DNA from: Vermamoeba vermiformis
Taxonomy: Eukaryota
Reading direction: 5' to 3'
Assembly: GCA_045837725.1 (NCBI GenBank)
Contig: JBEWZL010000294.1
Span: forward strand, 248,001-312,000
DNA length: 64,000 nucleotides
Shown here: positions 55,601-64,000 of the stretch, piece after piece
Numbering within the stretch: position 1 is the first letter of the stretch
Layout of the letters: every line of letters starts with the position of its first letter
Notes under the pieces: model-generated
The model's database searches: none
Told to the model about the DNA's origin: nothing
What the model saw: the letters and a program-made list of their open reading frames with translations, nothing else
Program-made: the position numbers and the translations under genes

Positions 55601-56247
55601 ACACTGTTCGGTATTTTTTTGCGACTTCATGTTGTTCATTGACCCACATTCGGTCGAAATCTTTCTTCCCGACCGGATCTGACACTTCGTCGCGATAATC
55701 TAATTTAAATTATTTTAGTTCAATAATCAAGCATTATTAACGGCTATATTTTGTTACCAAAGTGGTGCTCAGCGAAGTACGCATAACAATTTTCATAGAG
55801 GAAGATAGATCCAGCCGAATGCCAGCCTAGCGTTTGATCACGTGACAATCTACTCCATTGCCGACAAGTAGAGGCAATAGCAGCCAAATCTCTTCGGTAA
55901 AAACACGAAAATATCTGGAGCAACAGTTCATCTGGCAAAAATTGCTCTTCTTCTTCACTAACTTCTCGTTGCATATTAATGGCATTATTAGCTATCAATT
56001 TTTGTAATGCAATCGCCTTGAGTTCTTCTTTGGTTAATTTTACAGGAATAATTTGGGTCTCATCCGTTTCATCGTTTGAGTTATCTTCGTCATCTTTTGC
56101 GTTTTTCTTTTGATCTCTTTTTGTTGTATTTTTGCCATTATTTGACGATTTTTTGGTGACCTTCTGCTTTTTTGTTGGACGGGGCTCTTCCAAAGATAAT
56201 TCTTCCTCGATCTGCGTGATTTTCCTTTTTCTAGTTGCACGAGACAT
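52635..56247 (-). CDS. F-box + SNF2 (Rad5/16-like) helicase
   Basis: F-box LPDELLLQIFSCF..CRQW; ILADEMGLGKT, LVLDEGH, VTGTP, VIFFSQ, SGTNL, QAIGRAFRQGQ. Confidence 0.85.
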
Positions 56248-56514
56248 GGTGTTCCTGTTCAATTTTACGTCGTAGTATTTTTGGCGCGTGGAGTTCACTT
56301 GCGTTTCTTGATTAATTCAAGGAATTATTCCAACAACAAAAGCGATCTGACATGTCAAACGATCAGGTATTTTTCAGTATTAACGCGAGGGCGTTATTAT
56401 TATTTTAACAGGGCATATTAACGGATACGAAGGAAAGATTGAACTTCACTTGTCTAAATGTTAGCAGGAACGCCCAGGAAAATTTAACTTTATTTGTATC
56501 GGTTTCCAACAAGA

Positions 56515-58472
56515 TTACAGCAGCGATAAAAGTACTAACATTAACGCACAGCAGAGATGGGTTAATGAGTTCGCGTTGGAAGCAATGAAGCTCGGCTCTG
56601 AGCTTGGAACGTTCGTATTCGTTGGTGCTTGTGGTGGTGGTGCAGCTTGTGTCGATACCACTAACATGATTCGTTCGTAAGTTACAAAGTTTGAGTGACA
56701 GAATTGAAAGTACGTACATGACGCGCTGATGGTTTGGTTCGGATAGGCTTGGTACAGTTCGTAAAGGAAGTCATCTTGCTTTGGATCGAATTGGCGAATG
56801 ACTTCAGCGGAGGACGGTTGAGATGCGTTCTCAGCTGAATATTGAAGTGAGTTCGTGTCATCCACTGACAACAAACACTTACGTGGAGCGACACTCAACT
56901 CGATTTCAAGTTGAGTTACGTCTTGTTGTGCAGCTGAACGTTTGTTTCCTAAAGTGGTTTCGTTCACATTGACAATAGCTACACGGCTGGCTACAACATT
57001 TGTCACAGTAATGAACGACAGTCGAGTTTGTTCAGCGAACTGGGTTGGGTTAACTGAACCGGAGACAGAGAACTGGAACAAAATGCTGATGTCTGCCAAC
57101 AAGTACGTTAGTTTTGAGCCTATCATTTCCGCTAATACGTACGAGTAGGACAGACACGTGAAGTCTCAATGGCAAATGAGAGGTTATGGTTCTCCAATCG
57201 CCAAACATAATGATCACTCGTGACATTCAACAGCACTTGACCGGGGTTGAGAGGATAGCGTCGTGATCTGCCGTACGAAAAGATCATGACAGGAGCAGTG
57301 TTGATCGGTTCCAAGTTGTTTCTCAACGGATCATCAATGAGCAAAGTACTTCTCTCCAAGCTATTGTATCCGAATTGTGCGACGTTGTTCTCATCGATGC
57401 ACTCGAGAATCGGAGAGATGTTGTAGGTTACATTCGAGGGTGCGGACTCTAAATTGACAAAGTCAGCGCCGTTCAAGGTGCGGTTGAACTCGCGTAATCT
57501 TACCGAGAAGAGTGCAGTTGCCAGGAGTTCCTATTCCAATATATTTGGGAGGGCAAGTGCACTTGAAGCCACCTGTTCTCAGAGGAGAGCACGTTGCTAA
57601 AGGATCGCATGGATTATCTGTGTCCAGGCAAGCATTGCCGGCTGAAAAAGATTTTATAAGTTTTCTGTTTTTTAAATGCCATTTCGCAAAAGTTATCAAC
57701 GGAAGATCTTTGAAGTTAGTAATAGGTCGATACCACGCTACTTACTCATGCATCTAACACCATTCCACGTGGTATTCTTTGGACAACAGACTGCATCCAG
57801 TCCGGTGTCAATGCAGTTTTCGGTCGTCACGTTGCATAGGTTGGGAGAACACGGTTCGGTCTTCAAGCTCAGATTATCCATTACAAACGCACATCCTCCT
57901 AAAACGATGCCGTAGACGATGGGACATGAGTTTCTGTAACGGAGGATGAAGTATTGATTGACTGATCCTTGTGCCGGTGTAGCGTCTAAAGGACTGGCTC
58001 CAATTACACCACCAGTACTGTTTAAGAGACCTATATAGGGTGTCCATCCTAATGCAATGCAAGCATTATCGTGAGCCAGCATCATCGAAAATTGCCTGAT
58101 CGGCTGAGCGAAAGTTATCGTGCCAACGTTACGCCAAGCATAGTAGCCCATGTAGTTGTCTGTTTTGTTCCAATTCGTACTCCAATCGCTGCTGAGGGGT
58201 GTTAGCCCGGGCATAACACGAACGTAGTTCGCTCCATCATTGACTCCGGTCAGCGTGACTTCCATTGATGTTGCAGGTGTGATGCGAAGAGCTGTGCCGT
58301 ATTGACTGGTCCACGGTACAGAGCTTCCGAGATTATCGAAGGTGATCGTGTCGAGAGGTGCAGTTATTTCAGTCCCCCAGTCAAAAGCATATTGAAAATT
58401 GTCGCATGTCTGGCAACTGGCGACTGTGATGAATAGGAAAATCGACGCTAATGCTGTGATTTTTGGTGTCAT
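56515..58472 (-). CDS. Secreted EGF-like-domain surface protein, paralog 3
   Basis: Same architecture; CLDTDNPCDPLATC..GGFKCTCPPKYIG EGF motif. Confidence 0.75.
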
Positions 58473-58543
58473 GTTGGTGTTTATGAATTGAATGTTTCAC
58501 TGCTCGTTCGAAGCGCTTTTGTGCGTTGCTGACATGTGACGCA

Positions 58544-58671
58544 AATCACGTGTTCGTGTTATATTCTTGTGCGACTTTAACTCTTAAATATCGTCCCTGG
58601 TTTGGTGACAGATGACACCAACAATCACGTGTTCCGTTTATATTCCGGAGCAACTTTAACTCTTCAGTATC
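58544..58671. repeat. Two ~49-bp direct repeats containing CACGTG, upstream of paralog 3
   Basis: aatcacgtgttc..ttatattc..gc.actttaactctt at 58544 and 58623. Confidence 0.7.
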
Positions 58672-58773
58672 TGGCCAACGAACGGTTTAGGGTTAAAAAG
58701 AGCAGACACATATTATCGCGAAGAGATAGTGAGATAATTCATTAGCGAAAACTAAACACATTTAAGGCTTACC

Positions 58774-58860
58774 TCAATACTTGCCAATCACTTCAGTGGT
58801 CGTTTCAGGTGTTCGTGCTCTGTTAAGCGGAACCAAGTTATTCCTTAATGGGTTGACCGA
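58774..58860 (-). pseudogene. Possible remnant of a fourth surface-protein paralog
   Basis: NPLRNNLVPLN resembles DPLRNNLEPIN of the paralogs, but flanking homology is lost. Confidence 0.35.
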
Positions 58861-59471
58861 GTATTGCACGGTTGTCGTAGTAATTGCGCGAAGACATCGA
58901 GAAATGGGATGTTCGGTGCTGGCTCTAAGGGAATACGGTAAATACCATAGATATATAAATATGGTTACATCTATCCAGATTTGATCTATTTTTAGTGTTT
59001 TCAAAATCTAATGCAACGACAATGCGAGCTGCGCTTAGTTGGTTGCAATAATTCTGACGGCTGCACCAAACTGTCACCCAAATCGTAATGTGCACATCTC
59101 TCGCCACACGATCGCAATACGTTGATGCTGCAACCTGGGTCGATTTGTATTTACGGGTGATAAGTTTTCAGATTCTGCCTACCATTTAACCTTTTGCGGA
59201 TGTTTATATTGAAGTAATTTTCCCTTAATGCCAGATGGCTCCGCTGCTAATTTTTGGAAAATTAACTAATAATGAAGGCATTTATGTTGCCGCGTATTGT
59301 TGTTGTTGTGTCGAGGTTTGAATGATTAATAAAATAAACGGAAAGATTTCGAAGGAGTTTTCTGCGGTTGCTCAACCGGCTTTCCCTTGTTTAAATGAAA
59401 ATTTGATTCAATAGCCAAAGAGAGTCTCTATTAGGTCGATATAACAATATTAAGACCTGTTCTATTGAACT

Positions 59472-62400
59472 ATGGCCGATTTTTTTAAGAAGATCGGTCA
59501 GAAGATCGAGACGACATTGAACAGCCCTGAAAAGGATAAAGAGGTAAATATTTGATGTACAGTGTCAGCGTTCTTCGGAGAGCTGAAAAAGATTTTCGAT
59601 TGAAATAATAAATGCTGACGTTTGCAATATAAAAATCAGAAAAATGATAAACCAGCGCCAGAGACCCCCGAAAAATCAGACAGTGCTGACGGCGAAAAAA
59701 AGGTAATTAATTGATAATATTAAAGCAGTAAAAATTTTTCCGTCATCTGGCACTACACGCGGTGATAGAAGAAAATATTATTTCTAATATATAAGCATAT
59801 AAGCATTTATTTAATGGACTTTATTTTAGACACGAATCAATTTGCAATCCGCTTCACGCGAAGATCTGATCGCGTTCATTCGAAAACAAAATGAGCACGT
59901 CAAGAAGATAGAAGCGCTCGCTAAGACGGCCAAGAGTTCCAAACAAGAAGCAGATAATTTTAAGTCTGAGGCTGATGAGCTACGAAATCAAATTGCTCAA
60001 CAAAAGAAAGGTACGTTGGATCTCGCGTATTTGAAATTAACTTGAATTATTAAATAAAATCACTAGATTTTGCTATGATGCTCGAGGAGCGAGAGGGTGC
60101 TCAGAAAGGACTTGAAGATTTAATTCGAACTCAATCGCAAGATCTACAAAAAATGACCTCCGAATATGAATCACTCAAAGAAAAATTACAGCAAGCCGAG
60201 GCTAGTGGTGCTAAAAGCAGCGATAATACTGGCGAGAGTCAGGTTGACAATTCTAAGCTGGAAGAACTTCAAAAACAAATCGAGCAATTGAATACTGATA
60301 AGCAAATCGCTGAAGCAGCTTTACAACGAATTGAATCGCAGCACACTGAAGAGTTGCAACGTCTTCAAGCCAAGCTAACTGATTTGGAGACTTTATTAAA
60401 CATATCAAAAGAGGAGAATCTGGATCTACAGACAAAATTGACCGAAGTTGAAAATGGCGCGAAAGCGGAATCTGGCGCCGCCACGGAACAGCTGGAAAAG
60501 CAATTAAAAGAAGCCAATGAGCAGATTATAAAGCTCAAAGAAGAAGTTTCAAGCAAAGATAATGCGCTGGCGACCAAGATCCAAGAAATGAGCCAAGAGT
60601 ATCAAAGCAAAGTTGAAGAAATTCAAGCGTCTCTGTCCCAAAAAGACGAACAAATCTTGCAAATCAAACAAGAGAGTGAAACACGTGTCAAAGAGCTAGA
60701 GCAAAGTCATGAAGTGGCATTGAAACAAATGACGGAACAACTCGAGGCCAAGACGAATGAAATTTCACAGTTACAAGACAGTATCAATCAAGCTAAAGAA
60801 CAAGCCGCACAACAAGGTGATCTTCAGGCAAAGAATTTGTTAGTTGAAAAAGAGAAACAGGCATTGGAAGCGCAATTACGTGAGTTGCAGTCTAAACTAT
60901 CAAAGCTTAACAAGCAATTAGAGGCCAGATTGAACGACGAAGAACGATCCAAAGAAGAGCTCAAAACTCAACTGACAGCCAGCCAACAACACGTCAACGA
61001 CCTTGCTGAACAATTGCAACACGTCAAAGCTAGTTTAGGTGACAGCGAGAAGGCGAGTCAAGATGTCATTGCATTGACGACTGAAAACAACGAGTTGAAC
61101 CAGAAGCTCGAAGAAGTGAACAAGGAAGTTGAAACTTTGACAGCAGACAAGACTGAATTGTCGCAACAGCTTGAAGAGGCTAACAAACAAGTCGAGACCT
61201 TGACTAGCGACAAGACTGAGCTGAGTCAGAAAGTCAAAGAATTGAGCACACAAGTCGAGTCATTGACCGCTAATAACGCTGAATTGTCACAGAAGCTCGA
61301 AGATGTCAACGCGCAAGTCCTGTCTTTGACAACTGAGAAGAGTGATTTGGTTCAAAAGCACGAAGAGCTCAGCAAACAACTCGAATCTTTTGCGAGCGAA
61401 AAAAGTGCGTTGGTTCAGCAAGTTGAAGAGGCCAGCAAACAAAACGAACAATTGGCCGCAGAAAAGACCGACTTGGCTCAAAAATTCGAGGAAGTTAGTA
61501 GTCGCATTGAGACATTAAACAATGAAAATGAGAAGTTGAAACAAGAGTCCGAGAGCCTCAAGTTGGAGATCACTAATTTGTTCGATCAAGTGGCGCGTGC
61601 CGAATCCTCGGTGTCAAATGATAAAGAAGAATTGGCACGTCAGTTGCAGCAATTGACGCAAGAGAAATCAGACCTCGTCAACGCCAACACGCAATTGACC
61701 GCACAGTTAGAACAGGCTTTGAGAGACGTAGAGCAGGCCAATCTGTTGAAGGCTCAGACGGAACAGACCATTGTGGGTGTGCGAAATCAAACGGAAGAAG
61801 TTGTCAGGCAATTACACGCAGAGTTGGCGGAGGTCAAATCGCAAAAGGATATCACGACCGAAGAGCTCGAAAAATTACAGACATTGCAGGTTGAAGTATT
61901 AGAAAAGACTAGAAAAGGTGAGTTATGGAACATTATTTATTTGGCAGTCCTAACATGTGAAGCAGATCTGTCAGAGGCTGAAATTAGGATCGACCAATTG
62001 TCCGACGAAAGGGACGACCTTACAGCCAGAGTCAGTGAGCTAGAGAAGGCAATTGAACAAGGTGCAGCGGACAATAAGTTACTGCAAGACAAGATCGATA
62101 ATTTCCCGCAAGTGCTTGAGCAAACCATTCAACAGACACGTGACAATATTGCCAAAGAGTTCGAGCCGAGCTTGAAGGACTTGGAAAATATCTTGAAGAC
62201 CAAAGAACAGACTATCATCAGTCTGTTAGGAAAGGTTGAACACGTTGATTCACAGCGTGAGGAGGTCAGTGCAAAGTGCAAACAATTTGATTTTTTTCGT
62301 GGTCTGACGTTTGGGTAGATTTTGGAGAGCAGAAACAAGCTCGAAGAAAAGTTCAGTCAAGAAAAGTCAACGCTCGAAGAACAGATCAAGAAGCTGCAAG

Positions 62401-64000
62401 AAGAGTTGGCGGACAAGAGCAACACTTCTAACGAGGCTGAACGTGCTGTGGACGAGGAGAAGACACGTCTTGAAGGTGTGATTGACAAGTTGAACAAGGA
62501 TATTGCCGAGGCCAAGCAGCGTGAAGAAGCCATTCAGAGCGAGTTGAATACTCTTCGCACTGAATTGGAGTCCTCGAAACAACATCACGAGAGCGATAAG
62601 ATCAAATTCAGAGAACGAGAAGAAGAGCTTTCGGTACGTACACGTGATACTAGTGCGAGTGCCTTATCTAATCTTCCACAGAAACGCGCGAGTGACTTGC
62701 AAGATCGCGTCGCTAAGGACGAAGAAGTGTTGAGCGGACTCACTCAATCTTTGCGCGAATTGAACACAGACAACAACCAGCTGAAGGAAATGTTCGCGGA
62801 GTACGTGCTTGCATAACTTACCAAATATAATGTGTAATTAACGGCCGGCCATTGCTTGTAGAGTTCAACAAAAGCTATCGGTCAAAGAAAGAGAGCTCGA
62901 AGAATTCAAAGAAATTCACGCGAGCAAGTCTAACGAGGAGCACTTAAGACTCGAAGAGAAATTGACCGAGAAACTTGAGCGCGTGTCACAATTGACGAAA
63001 GAGAACGCTACTTTGGAGTCTAAAGTCGCGTCACTCGAGTCCGCTCTAACTGAACGTAATGAGCAGATCAGCAAGGTGTCCAGCGACAAACAACAAATCA
63101 GCGAGCAATTGGAAAAGTTGCTCGAAGAAAAGTCTCAACTTGGTAAGTGCTCGTTATTTCCTATTTGGCAATGAACTAAAGAACGACAGAACAAGACGTT
63201 GCTGCAGCAAAAGAAGATTCTCAGAGTATCAACAAAGAGTTGGCGCAATTGAGGGCTGAAAATGAACGACAGCAACAACATTCTTCGGATTTGAAGTCCT
63301 CGCTGAGCGGTCAATACGAGCAACAGATTGAAACACTGCAAAAGGCATTGGACAAGGCTGGTGAACAACAGCGTGCACAAGAAGAGGAGCTCTTGGCTCT
63401 CAAAGAGGAAATTCACGACAAGAAACAACGCGTCAAACAATTGAGTGACGAAAACACCTCGTTGAAGAGCACTGTTGAGCAACAGAGAGAAGAGTTGGCC
63501 AAACAAGCTCAGTCCCCGCAACAACCTAGCCAACCGTCAGACGAGTCTACTAACGAAGTCAAGGCTGGTACGTAGAGTCGTCATGCTATTGAAGACAATT
63601 GTGCTCATTGAAGCTTCAGATGACGCGTTGCAACAACGAGCTTCGGAGATGGAGAAGTTGATCGAAGTCAAAGAAGATTTGATTCGTGAACAGGGCGAGA
63701 AGTTGAAGCAAATGCAAGATGTAAGGACTACAAACACCACGGTAGTTGAAGCTGATTCTTTCTGAAAATAGGAATTGAATGAGCGCAATGACCGAGTGGC
63801 CACGCTCGAGACTTCAGTTGCAGAACAGGCAGAACAACTGAAGAACATTCAACAGCAGCTCGAGCAGTCCAAGAACCAAGTCGATGAGTTGAAACAAATC
63901 GCTGAATCGGCACAAAGTCAAGTGCAACAGAGCAGCGACGAGAAGTCGAGTGTGGACGTGACTCATCAGAACGAGATCAAGCAGTACCAAGACAAGATCA
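59472..64000 (+). CDS. Long coiled-coil protein, golgin (GCC185/GCC2)-like; truncated by the window end
   Basis: Continuous heptad E/K/Q/L-rich exons; N-terminal LQSASREDLIAFIRKQ resembles the GCC185 N-terminal motif; about seven internal 21-aa repeats near 61075-61515. Confidence 0.7.

Overview
Eukaryotic genomic DNA from a compact, intron-dense protist-like genome. Introns are mostly about 45-75 nt, GT-AG, with CTAAC/CTGAC-like branch points; at least one is a U12-type AT-AC intron. The species cannot be identified from sequence alone. Because most genes are spliced, the ORF track shows only fragments, and the gene models below were stitched by eye. Recognisable host genes: PIG-H, ankyrin-repeat/Rap-GAP, Sen1/senataxin helicase, a divergent eIF1A, an F-box protein, DUS2, pirin, a CBS-containing GMP reductase/IMPDH, an F-box+SNF2 helicase, a golgin-like coiled coil, three paralogous EGF-containing surface proteins and a Kelch-Ig-TM receptor-like protein. 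Two accessory regions stand out. (1) About 30.4-35.1 kb: a RAG1/Transib-like DDE transposase lies tail-to-tail with a TET/JBP-family 2OG-Fe(II) dioxygenase, next to an orphan gene, between candidate imperfect bipartite inverted repeats. This is the best candidate for an undescribed system, a RAG-like transposon carrying a DNA-base-oxidising enzyme. (2) About 3.0-9.6 kb: a recent tandem duplication of a Crinkler-like gene (degenerate NTPase + PD-(D/E)xK nuclease) punctuated by three ~180-bp direct repeats. Family calls rest on remembered motifs; no database searches were run.
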